Shown one piece after another: positions 28,501 through 42,100 of a DNA stretch of 64,000 bases (positions are counted from its first letter, which is position 1; every line of letters starts with the position of its first letter). The notes beneath the pieces were generated by a model. The model did no database searches and was not told where the DNA came from. It was given only the letters and a program-made list of their open reading frames with translations. Origin of the DNA: Octopus vulgaris (taxonomy: Eukaryota); NCBI GenBank assembly GCA_951406725.2, contig OX597826.1:42656001-42720000 (forward strand). Direction: 5' to 3'. Made by a program: the position numbers and the translations under genes.

Positions 28501-30075
28501 AAAAATAATAATTTTTACCAGTGGTTAGCATGTGTCATTAAAAATCAGAAGCCATAAATATTTCTATATAATAGTGCATAAGATTTTATACACTGAGAGA
28601 AATCCACCATGCGGATTTCTTAGATGCTAAAAAGGGCAGTCAAGACCAATACCACAAAAAGAAAGATTCTTATGGATTTTGACTGCCTCTCCATGTATAA
28701 AATCTTATGCACTATTACATATATATATATCTGTCTGTGTGTGTGTGTGTATATACATCATACTGGATACTATATTAAGTTAGTCTGAGATATGTACCTA
28801 ACTCCCCCAAGTTGATTATTTTACCTTTTTTTTCCTTATTTTATTATTAAGACTGCATAAAAACAATTGTTAAAGTAGACAGTACTAATTAATTAGTAGT
28901 TAATTAACAGTAGAATGTACGTCTTTTACATATATAACATTCCTTCTCATCTTCAGGTGCCTACAGCGGAAGACTGGTACCCAGGTACCTAAATACTACA
29001 CTTGAAGTACGTAAGATTCCCCGAGATCAGAATAATATTGCCAAATTGAATGAACATTTTGGAAAGTTTGGTGTTTTAAAAAATATTCAGGTAATTTTTG
29101 GAAATAATTTTAAAAAAATTGTGTTAATATATTTTTCTTGCATTGTATACATATGTATGTAGAAGAAGCAGGTCAAACAACTGAACTGCTTCTACCAGAG
29201 ATGCCTTCACTCCATCATGGACATCACATAGAAGTAATACATCGCCAACAACAAAGTCCTCCAGCAAGCCAATGTCATAAGTATTGAACCCTTGTTGCTG
29301 CTTTAGCTCTGTTGGGCAGGCCACGTTTTTATGCATGGACAAATTCAGAATCCTGAAGGCTGTTGTCTACAGTAAGCTCAGCCAGGGCAAAAGAGACTGA
29401 GGAGCTCCCTCCCCAGGAAGCATTGAAAGGGTCAGCTGAAATGCCGGCTCACAGAGTTGGGTGTGGTATGACTGCATCCAGATAGTTGTTAGCAACTTCA
29501 AGAAGGCCAGAGTAACTGCAGTAGATGGAAAATGCCAAAGACAAAGTCATAATCATGGTCCTCATCTGACCAAGGCCTACATATTTGCTGTTTGCCCCAA
29601 GGCACCAGAATCTGTCATTCATCTGAGGACTTACCACTCTTCCTTGTAATCTTTGGACATGAAGAACTACTATGCCTATAAATTGCAGCTTGCTCACGAA
29701 CTGGCAATACACACACCTTGTATATGTGTGTTCGATATTGTTTATGTTCCTCAGGCTGCTTCTCATTCATATTTGAATTTTTTTCCTTGGTATGAGACAT
29801 TGGGACATACCAGCACATGGTTCTCACACCATTGTGCATATAGTCATAGTGAGGGATTTAGTTTACATCTGGCTTTGTTTTGGGTATTGATAAGTCACAA
29901 AGATGGACAAAACATTAATGTCTACCACATCTGCAACAGGACCTGGTGAGAGTTATCTTGCTTGTCTATGATTTCTAGGTGTTTTTACGCATTGGCAAGA
30001 AAATTTTCTTGCCTATAAATCGCAGCCTGCCAATGAACTAGCAATACATGTACTTGGTATATGTGTGTTTGATAT

Positions 30076-30128
<53 letters not shown>

Positions 30129-33100
30129 GACTTAGGTTCCATACCATTAAGCAAATGAGAGAGGACTCCTCCAGCAATAGGATATTGGACTAAATACTGT
30201 AGTGTTCAGTTGCATCCATTAAAAAGCATTAATGGATCAATGGTAGTCTCTTATCTGAGAAAGATGGTTCTGTAATTATTGCTGAACAATCTACACAGAT
30301 TTGTTCATAGTGATCATATGTTTGTACTGCACATTAGCGCAAACCTTCCATCAGATTGACATTGCCTGTATAAGTGCATGGTGTGCCACAAATCAGATGT
30401 CGACGTCACCACAGAGCAACATGAGGTGAGGTGTTTGGGCACACACTGCTCTTTATGTATTATTGCTGCTCAAATAATGCATAACTGAGAGGGGCCCATC
30501 CTTATGGATTTTCTTGTGGTTTAAAGTGTATGTAGTATTTGTGGGTATGTATGTAAATTGTTTTATTTTGTAAGTTTTTGTTTTATGGTTGTAATTATCA
30601 TTGTTTAATGTTTTTGTTTTTTTTTTCTTTAGGTATCATTTGAGAATGACCTGGAAGCTGCTTTAATAACATTTGCAAACCATACTCAGGCGAATGTGGC
30701 ATATCGAAGTAGTGAACCTGTCTTTAATAATAGATTTATCAAAGTATTTTGGCACCGGGAAAAAGCACCTGAGCAAAAAGCTGTGAGTAAGATGATTTAT
30801 AAAAAGGTTTTTCAGATTCAATAATAATAATAATAATAATAATAATAATTGGTTTTAAAGTTTGGCACAGGGCCAGAAGTTTTCAATGGGAGGGGTAGTT
30901 GATTTCATCAACCCCAGTACTTGACTGGTACTTATTTTATCAACCCCGAAAGAATGAAAGGCAAAGTTGACCTTGGCAGAATGTGAAGATGGATGAAATA
31001 CTGCTAAACTTTTTGTCTATCGTGCTAATGATTCTACCAGCTTGACACTTTAATAATAAAAATAATTATGGTTGCACATTTTGGCACATGGCCAGCAATT
31101 TTAGCAGTAGGAGGTTAGTTAATTACATTGATCCCTACGCTCAACTGGAACTTATTTTATCAAGTTGAAAAAGATAAAGGCAAAGTTGTCCTTGATAAGC
31201 TTTGAACTCATAACGTAAAGAACCAGAAAAAGTACTGCTAAGCATTTACTCTGCTACATTAATGATTCTACTAGCTTACTACCTTAATAATCCTTTGTGA
31301 TTTTTGAAGGGTTGGGGAAGTCAATTACATGGACTTCAGAGCTCAAGTGGTACTTTATTGATCCTGAAATGATGAATGGCAGAGTTGAATTTGGCTGCAT
31401 TTGAACTCAGAATGCAAAGGGCTGGAAGAAATACTGTTAAGCATTTTGTCTGGTGTTGTAACCATTCTTCCTTAACAATAATAATAAAGATGCTGAACAT
31501 GAACTGCATTCAATTAAATCAATCTCAGCAGTAATTAACCAATATTATTTCTTCAACTTTGTTTCTATTATGTGAGATATATATATACATATATAGTTGT
31601 CTGAATGTTTGCATTGCATTTCCATGCTTGCATAGATCAAATGAGATTCATTCTATGACCAAATTCCTTTCCTGTTGACAACAAAAATAGACCATTGTCT
31701 GCAGGATTAGAGTGTAATGTCTGTTCTAAACTATGGTTGTGCTATATAGTTTAGCAACATTACTTTATGATGTATATGTGTGTGTGTGTATATATATATA
31801 TAGTAAAATGGTAAAATGATTAATAATAGAAGGAGGAGGCATCTAGCAGTAAAAATCATGTCAAAAACATAAGAAATACCTGTTTTCTCTTGTGTATGGT
31901 AGATGATGAAGGACCGCAATGAATAAGAATACAACATTGTGAGACTTGTTCAACCCAAGCTGGTATGACAAAGTGGTTATTCAAAAGTGATGACACACAT
32001 TATTAGGTCTCAAATGTTATGGTCGCCATCTACTATGCCTTAATGCAAGATTTATAACTCTATTTGCATTAGTTTGCCTGACTGATAAAAGCAGGTTCTG
32101 TTTTTATGTTACAGTTGAGTAAAAAGGTGCTAAGAAAGGTGTCAATTTATTATTATATGCTGGTGGCACATAAAAAGCACCATCCGATCGTGGCCGTTTG
32201 CCAGCCTCGCCTGGCGGCACGTAAAAAGCACCATCCGACCGTGGCCGTTTGCCAGACTTGTCTGGCACCTGTGCAGGTGGCATGTAAAAAGCACCCACTA
32301 CACTCATGGAGTGGTTGGCGTTAGGAAGGGCATCCAGCCGTAGAAACATTGCCAGATCAGACTGGGCCTGGTGCAGCCTTCTGGCTTCCCAGACCCCAGT
32401 TGCACCATCCAACCCGTGCCAGCATGGAAAGCGGACGCTAAACAATGATAATGATGATGATGCCATGCTTATATGGATGTATAATCAAAGTGGCTGAAAA
32501 AATTTAACTGTTCATCACTAAGGGTTTATAACATACTAAATCTAATGAAGGAGACCTATAATTAAGTGTTTCAGCTTTCTCTTTCTCTCAGACATTGCAT
32601 ATCTAGGACTGTCCAATATCTCCTTCCTGGAAAGTGCGGTTTGAGGATTAATTAGAAGCTTCCTCATATTGGTGTGGTAGTTATCTTACATGTGTGTCAC
32701 CTTCATAATATCATATGTGAATCTGTTTGCTAAGTACAGTTCTTTTGTTTTTATACATTCTACCAATTCCATTTTTCAGGCTGATTCCACAGCCCCAGTG
32801 TCTTCCACTGCTGCAAACACAGCTTCAGATCACCGAATGCCAGTAAAAGCAAGGTTGGGTATTCCAGCCCCTAACTTGCTCAGTCTTGATAATACAGGAC
32901 CAAAGAAAACTGAATCTGGAGAGAAGGTAAATACAAATATTTTAAAATTGTTTTTATTTCAATGTTTTATTTGTTATTTGCTTTTATGTGTTTGGCTTGG
33001 TGAAACCCTTATTGTCACCTTTGCTAGATTGACTGTTTCCCTCCATAGACTCCTATATTTTCATATGCATGGAAAAAAATGTAAAACAACAATAGAAAAG

Positions 33101-36100
33101 AACTAATTAAATAATATAACTAATTCATTAATCTGCTACCTTCATAAACCATTATATATCATATACTAATGTGCTGCCAATATTGTTAAAACATGACAAG
33201 TCATTTAAATGACACTTGCATTGTGTCGCATATTTGTCAAAGTTTCCTTCCAACTGTTTGCAGGCAGTTGTCTACACGTCCTCAGTGGGCCACTTAACAA
33301 AAACAGTATTCAATCCTGCAGCTATTAAGACAAAAACCACGTCTGTAACATCTACGACAACCACTACTACAACTACCACTACACCTTCTGTCTTGTCAAA
33401 AGTAAACTCTTCAGAATCTCCTGCTAGCAAGACAGCAGAGCCAGCTGCAGTGAAAAAGGCTGGGGTACCCAAAATGGTAAGGATTTTTTTTCTTTTTGTT
33501 TTGGTCTAAATGATTCAATAATACATTTGAATAGACTGAGTAAACAATGTTTGTTGTTTTTTGTACAGCTTTCCTTGTTTATTGTGGATGTTTGGTTCCA
33601 AAAGTGGACACCATGTTTAAAGAATTGGTGATAAAGGAATAGTAGTAGAACATATTGGGAAAATAGGTTTCATTCCAAGACCCCCACCCCCAATGTTAAG
33701 CACCCATATTGATATCATTTCATGTTTGAAAAAAATATTTGGAGCAAAATTTAATAGCTTATGATCAATAGATAAAGTAACTGAAAAATATAACGAACAG
33801 AATCTTTGATTGTCACTTGTGTTATCACTGATCAATTTGTGAGTATCATAATCATAACACCATCATCATCATCATCATCGTCATCAAGCATATGTTTTCC
33901 ATGCTGGCATAAATAGGGTGGTTTGACAAGAGCTGGCTGATCGGAGTTGTATGAGGCTCCAGTTGTCTGTTTTGGCATGGTTTTTACGGCTGGATGCCCT
34001 TTCTAATGGCAACCCGGAGTGTACTGGGTGCTTTTTATGTGACACCAGCATGGGAGCTTTTTACATGGTGCCAGCATGAGTGTTTTTTACATGGCGCTAG
34101 CATGGGTGCTTTTTATGTGACACCAGCACAGGTGCTTTTTATGTGACACCAGCACAGGTGCTTTTTATGTGGTACCAGCACAGGTGCTTTTTGTGTGGCA
34201 CCAGCATGAGTGCTTTTTGTGTGGAACCAGCATGGGTGCTTTTTACATAGCACCAGCACCCATGGGGTTACCAAATAGCTTACAAGATAAGGATCTCTCA
34301 GCTGTGGGAGGGAGTGGAACTGAGAAAAGTGGCTGTGTGCCAGGTGAGAGTTTGGAGTATGATAGAGGGATAGAAGAGATACTTGGCAACCTCAGTTGGA
34401 TAAGGAAGCAGACGGAGGTGGGAAAGAGAGAAACAAGTCAGAGAGAGAGAGAGAGTGGTTGGGCATACCCACAGGGAATTGTGGTGGGGAGTATTACAGA
34501 GGGGATAGAGAGGATGTTCTATAAGAATGTAAGGGAAGATATTTAGAGATAGCAAGTGATGGGGAGAGAAATTGGAGTGGCTAGCTGGCGGGTATGGTAG
34601 ATATGTAAAAGCATGAAGAGTGGAAGGGCTTGTGGTGGATGGTGTGGGTTGTTGCAAAGTTTTGTCTGAGGAAAAGATTCTGTGTGAGGGGAAGAGGGGT
34701 ATGGCCGTAAAGGACATGCCTGTATATATAGATGGCCATGATTTTGCTTAGCTTGACGTGTCTTCTCAAACCCAGCAAATCACCTGAAGTCTTGGTCCCT
34801 TGTCATCTTGTATGAGGCTCAACATCCAAAGATAATTTCTCACCACTTCATCCCATGTTTTCCTGAGTTAGCCCTTCTACAGGTTCTCTCAGCAATAAGA
34901 GATCAGCACTTCTTTATGCAGTTGTCCTTTATCCATATGCATCACATGAACAGGTGACTGGCTGGTTTCCTGAAGTTAGTGATGCAGATCATAAGGTCAT
35001 TTGCATCACAGAACTTGAACAGCCTAGTACACTCCCCATTGCAGGAACCAACTCCATAACCTCCATGCTCCAATGGAAGTCACCTGGATGCTACCCAACA
35101 TGCCCTTTGAAGTTACCATCCACAAGGAGGTTACTATCATTTGTTGATGGAGTTGTCTACAAAAGAGTGTCATAAAATTGATCTTTCTGTACAAATGGCA
35201 GTCCCAGTTGAGGAACATAGGCAGAAATAATAGTTTTTGTTCCACTTTGCAAAACTAGTCTAAGCTTAAGTATGCTATCACACACTCTGACTATCTTGAT
35301 TGTCTTATCAACTCATTTCTCATCAAGAAGCATGCCCGTTCCACCAACCCCATTGTTATTGCTTACCCAGAAGATTTTATATCTATATTCTTTGTCTGAG
35401 GAACCTGGTAGAAGCTCCCCTCCACCTTCTTGAATGCATCGTTCTAGCATCTCAACAATCTCACCAGACCTACTTTTTGATGTGCCAACTATAAGGGTGA
35501 GGAAGGGCTAGCAAGGAGGAACAGGGGAATAGCATTCTGCATCTAAAAAGAAAGTTTGCATGGACCTTTGCCAGACATATAAATTTCATATAAGTTATCC
35601 TTCATTTAATTTAACATCAATCATTCGTCTCAAACTTGCCACATCTACCAGTAAAAAGGGGCGTGGCATACACTGTTAATTATACAAAGATAAAATGGAT
35701 AAAATAGCATCAATAATTAACCCACTGGCAAGCATACTTGTCACTTGACATATTTTCCATGCAAGCAAGCTAGCTATGCTGTTTTTATCTTGTACTACTG
35801 TTGCTGTGTGTGATCTGATGTTGGCAGGATAGAGCTTTTCATACAAGTTTCTGGTATAGAAGAGAGGTTCCAAGAGAAAGACTTCTGCTATAGGTGGTGG
35901 GATGAGAGGGTGCAATTAAGCTGCATGGCAGAAACACTGATGAAGGAGGCCAGATAAGATATTCAACAAGCTAAAAGAGAAAAACTGAAACTTCTAAAAT
36001 GAAAAAAACAAACATCAAACAAAATAGCATGAGAGGACAGGGTATACACATTCAGAATACTATAGAAGCAGTGATAAGATAATTGTCTCCAGTCAACATC

Positions 36101-39100
36101 ATTGACATTTTAATCCCTTTTTGTCAATGTCATCAGGCACTCAAAAGAATTTACTACATGGTTGCTCAACCTGCTCAAAATAGCAGTCAAATCTCCTAAA
36201 AATCACATCTTAGTGTCATAGCTAAAGAAAAGATGTATTAGATAATATAGTCCTATTTGGGGATGATATATTTGGAATACTATGGTTATGCTGGAACTGA
36301 GTTTCTAAACATAGATGTCTCACTCAGTGTCACAGTTTTCTCTAGAGTGGGTATTGAGGAAATGAGATGCCCTAATGATAAAGATACTGGCATGTTTAAT
36401 CTCTCTCTCTCTCTCAATGCATCTCCCTCTAAATAATTTTTATTTAGAGGGAGAATGAATTTTATTGTTTGTACCTTAGCCTCTTTTTAAGGAATAAGTC
36501 AAATTAGGCTGTGGAGTGGGGTGTGTGTAAATGATCCAAAAACATTTGTTATACAAATAATGGTCATCTATTAGTGAATTTTCCACTCTCTTTCGGAAGT
36601 GGGGTTATATATTGAAATAGTTGCAGAGCACATGATAATTGGAATTTTAGCTTAGAGAGTGGGTAATTCTAAAACTTAATTAGAGCTTGAGAAGCAGGTG
36701 CTTCATTTTTAATGGAACTTAAGCTTTTAGACATAAACTTGGACGAGAAACTTCTCTAAAATCTAGTGACTCGGTAGTATTATTAAATGTTGCTTGAGGC
36801 ACTGAGCTTGCAGAATTGTTTCCACATCAGACAAAATGCTTAGCAGCATTTCTATCAGCTCTTTACATTCTGAGGTCAGCTTTGCCTTTCATCCTTTCAG
36901 AATCAAGAAAGTAAATACCAGTTGAACATTAGAGTGGATCTAATAGACTTCTCCCTCTCCTCAAAATTGCTGGTGCTTTTGCTAAAATTTTAAATAATTA
37001 TTGAATATAATAGCATTGGAGAAAATGCTTTGTATTTGTTCTGGCTCCTTATGCTCCAAGTTCCAACCTTGTTGATGTTAAGTTTGTCTTTCATCCCTTT
37101 GGGGTTGATAAAGTTGCAGTCAAGTACTGGGATCCATTTTATCGATTAACTTCCTTCCCTAATAAATTTTAGGCCTTGTGCCTGTTGTTAGAATCCATTA
37201 TTTACTGTTGCGGCTCTTATTAAGTTAAATGAAGCCAGCTGACCAAGATATATATAATTTCACCTGTTTATTGGTAATATTAGGTGATGCATTAGCAGCA
37301 AATCTTTCTCTTCAACATATCTGATTGTTGTAAAAAAAATTTTTTTCTCTTCTTTACTCTCAAACACACACACACATTCTCTCTCTCTCACTCACTTTTG
37401 TTTTTTCTTTTACTCATTGTAGGACTCTATTTTGAAAAAAGTTCAGAAACAGAAGCGTGATCTGTTGTTAAGCTATGTCCAGCAGCAGCATGTAAGTTCA
37501 CTTGTTTATTTATCATCAACGTTGTTTGACATTATAAGTAATTTATAAATTGCACTTTTTAAAAAAAAAAAAATTTTCTTTTTGATCTGAGAATGGCTAA
37601 TTAAACGAGACACCTGCTTCCCGATGATATAATCTTGGGTTCAGTCCCACTGTGTGACTACCTTGAGCAAGTATTTTATACTGTAGCCCACGGCTGACCA
37701 AAGCCTTGTGAGTGAATTTGGTTGATGGAAAATGTGTGGAAGGCTGTCTTATATATTTGTGTGTGTACCCTTGTCTTGGCACCAATTTGATGGTTGTAAA
37801 TGAGCGTCAGTGTTGTACAAGCGGTGTTGTTCATTTCCAGTCTTCCATTGGAAATATTACTTCTAAGATTGGTGAAGTTCATATGAGAGGTTCTCACATG
37901 GTAAATAACACAATATTCTGTGATCTTACAACATTCACTTTTAACCCGTTAGCATTTAAACCGGCCATATCTGGCCAAAATATTTTACCTATTTTATGTT
38001 CAATCTGGCCAGATCAGGCTTCTCCTACCCACCCTTAAATGTCATTCCAAAGATATACTATCACATAAAAATTTCAAAGCTACAATATAGTACGTGATCA
38101 ATTCGAAACAATGTGAATAAATAAATCTTGCATTTGACAAAGTAATCTGAATGCTAAAGGGTTATATATTACTTTTTGGTATTAATACTGTTTCTGTGGC
38201 TATTAATTATTTTTTAATAAGCCCACTGGCTATTTGCAACACCAGTGCCTGAATAGACACAGATTCTGTGTATATATATCACTGATAGAGGAATTGCTAC
38301 TATCTCTAGTTGTAGACATCTACCATTGACAAGGCCAAAGAAGGCTGAAATCACATGAACTGGTAGTTCTGATGGCAGTAGCAGATGATTATCTCCCTGC
38401 TAGCAATATAAATATGAGTGCCTATACTCACACTCATGGTAAATTATGCAGTATTCTGCGTTTTAAGTGGGGATAAATATTTATTAATGTTTTTGTAAAT
38501 AGCACTTCTTTTCAAGACGTTAATACTCATGCCTTCCTTATGTCAAACATACTCAACAGAAATTTCCAAGATTATCAATTGATTTTTGTTCCTTACTACA
38601 ACAGACATTTAAATTTACCATTTAAACTATGTGGTTCTTATTCAGTGGTTTTCTACATGCAGTCCCTAGATTTTGTTTTTATTATAAATACACTGTGAAT
38701 GACCTCTGTCCAGTATATATATATATTTTTGACAAACTTCTTTTTTTTTCCGTCAGTTATTGAAAAAACGGTTGACAGACAAAAATATTTCAGCTGATAC
38801 TAAGGGGAAAATTCTTAAGGTAAGTATATTTGATGTTTGTTGGTTGTTGTTAAACCTGATTTGAGCAAAGGTATGATCAGAGACATCTAGCAATGACAGT
38901 CCTCTATTTCAGATGTATATTTTTGACTATTTTTCACTATGTTTACAAACTTTTTTTGTTTTCTAAATAGATGTTAAATTCAAGCATTAGGTTGTGTAGG
39001 TAGCAGAAGCTGTCTACTACTTCTAGAGATTGCCCACCTCTACTGGAGATTGTAGGAAGGGCAGATTGTTTGATCTTTGTGTATGAAGCATGATGTTGCA

Positions 39101-42100
39101 TGAGCATTGGATGTGGAAGATATACTAAAGGCTGCAATGAAATAGGAGCATGTTCTGCTGGATGTGTACTATTTAATGTGCGTGAATGATGGAAGACTAT
39201 GAACTGAAACAAAAACTGACTATAAGAGGAATAAAATATAGTGCGCAAGAAAGAAAACTGCATTGGTATGGACGTGTAATGCATGTAGAGGATAAAAGGT
39301 AAAGAAATGTCAAGTAGTCTGAGTGGAAGGTGTCTGGAAGAAGAAGACCAAGGCAGGCATGCAAAGAAGTAGTTGGTGATAATCTCTGCAAGTTCTGAAG
39401 GAGATGACGACAAAATGTAACAAGAGGCAAAAACACTGTACTGGAGAAGATTTACCATCCTTGTGCAAGTATGGAAAAACTGCTGCAAAAATGATACTGA
39501 TGAGAGCAGTGGATGGCTATGTTGATTAGCATATCAGAGAACTGTCTAAGATGTCACCAATACTGTGCTTTATCTGTGATCAAGATATGTCAGTGGGTGC
39601 TATAAAATAGCTATTATATATATATATATATATATTCATTACTGTTAGCACTGTAAAGCTAATGAGTGAGATTTGTTCTTAGTACACGTCAGCAAAAAGG
39701 ACTGATAGAATAAGTACTAGACTTGAAAATAATATAGTACTATGGTTAGTGTGTTCGACTAAAACCCTTCAGTTCAGAGCCCAAGCATGGCCCACAGTCC
39801 AGTGAGTGAAACAAATGATAAAAGATTTCATAAATGTTTAATAGTCTGAGAAATCTTAACCGCAGTTACATTTGTGTTTTTGTTTGTAATGACAGGAAAT
39901 TGACGATCTCCGAAATATCATCAAGAAGTTCCAAGAGGATCTTTTCCCAAAGAAAAAGTCAGAGGTTACCAAAACGAAGCCAGCAGTAAGTACTCTGCAT
40001 ATCATTTCTCTTTAATTTTTATTTACAAATTGCCACCAGAATCAATTCACCCTCACTCCTTGTAATTGTGGCGCAATAAAATAAAATATCAGTAAGACAC
40101 TGGAGTTGATTCCCTTGTTTATAGCACTTTCTTTCTATCCTATCCTCCATAAAACAGTTTTCTCCCATATTGAAAGAATGAATTATTAAAGAACAGAAGA
40201 TTGGTAAAAACCGTAGAGCATTGAACAAAATGTCTTTCAGCATTTCGTTGAGACACTTCTTCACGTTCTCAGTTTAGTTCATGTCAGGGTTAATATTGTC
40301 TTTCATTACTTTAAGGATTGGTAAAATAAATGTCACTCATGTACTGTGGCTGATTTTACTGACTGCTCCATTTTCCAAAATTTGCAGCCTTGTGCCAATG
40401 TTAGAAATCTTCAGTATTTGTTCCAGTTTTTTACATTCTGAGTTCAAATTCTACTGATGTTAACTTTGCCCATCCTTCCTCCAGCTTCAATAACATAAAG
40501 TAAAAATGTGCTAATGAATCCATGGCCACCAGGCTGCCCCACACAGTGGATATGTGTGCATAAGCCTCAAAAGTGAAAGTAAAAAAAAAAAAAAACGGTT
40601 GATATTAACTAAGCACCTCTTCTCAGAATTGTTTGACTTGTGCTTAAATTAGAAACCATTATTATTAAGGTGGCATGCTGGCGGAATCATTAGCATGTTG
40701 GACAAAATGCTTGACAGCATTTCTTCCAGCTCTTTATGTTCCGATTTCAAATTCTGCCAAGATCAACTTTGCCTTTCATACTTTTGGGGTCTGTAAAATT
40801 AATACCAGTTCTGCACTTGACTTACTCTCTCCCCTAAAATTGCTAGCCTTGTGCCAAAATTCAAAACAGTTATTAATAAGATGGTGAACTGACATAATCA
40901 TCAGAATATCAAAAGAAATGCTTTGAGGTATTTTTTCTGGCTCTTTATGTTGTGAGTTCAAATCTGTGTCCAGGCCAACTTTGCATTTTATCTCTTGGGG
41001 GTCAGCAAAATAAAGTACCATTCAAGTACTAGGATTGATTTTAATTGACTTATCCCTCCCCATAAAATTGCTAGCCTTGTCCCTAAATTAGAAACAATTA
41101 TTATTATTAAGATAAGCACAGGTGTAATTTAGCAGTTCAGGAAAAGAGTACTAGGTTAAAAAAGTAAACCGTGGGATCAATTTGTTTGACTAAAACCCTT
41201 TAAGGCAGTGCTCCTGCATGGCCATAGTCAAATGACTGAAGCAAGTAAAAGAGTAATATAGTGGAAATGACCAAGGCTCTGGAGTAAATCAAAATGAATT
41301 TGTTTAGTGTCATCCTCAGTTTACATTTTATAAACCCTAATGCAGACTCTACTTTTCGTCCTTCTTCTAAAATAAATATCACTAATATTTTTATGACAGT
41401 CCAGTATACAAAGCTCTTACCTTAAGGTGGGAAGAATTAGTGGCATAGTCATGAAAAAGAATTAAGTATATATAATTGGTTAACTTATACCAGCTGTTTT
41501 AATTAAACCTGAATGTTTTATCAAATTTGTTTATCACTAAGTATTGTTTTTCCTTTTTCTTTAGAACTCTGTTGCTTCTTTATACTCTCTAGAGGCTTAC
41601 TCTGTTCTTTGGTTTTATTTTTATTAAGAAAATCTGTAATTTGTTCTAAATCTGAAGAAGCCCATTTCTAATTAAAACGAATTGTTAAGTTATTGTTCAA
41701 GCAACTTTTTAAAATTCCATGTCAAAATTTTTAAAGTTTACTCTGATTGTTTCCATTGAATAATTTACAAAAAAAATCAGCTGGCGTTGCTTGTTGAATT
41801 GAAAACTCTTGCTTTGACACTGATCGATTTGCTATGTTGTGGTGTTGTTACAGGTAACAATCCCGGGACCATCGAGTAGTCAGAAAACCCAAAAGGAAAT
41901 CTTAGACACTGAGTTGGAATTAATCTCCAAGCAGAACAGTGGTGAAGACACGACTGACTTACGTAAAAAACTCATAGAACTTACACAAGAGGTGGGCAGT
42001 TGTTGTCCTTTCCAATCCTAGAATTGTCTGTAAGAATGAAGAGTGATCAAGAGGCTTGCCAAAAATTGTTTTTATTAATGCATGCTGCTATAATTCTTGC

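Noticed and set aside
35937-35975. CTGATGA occurrences (here, about 3588 and about 39497) as hammerheads or C/D snoRNA boxes
   Set aside because: No properly spaced GAAA and stems, and no terminal stem with a matching D box.
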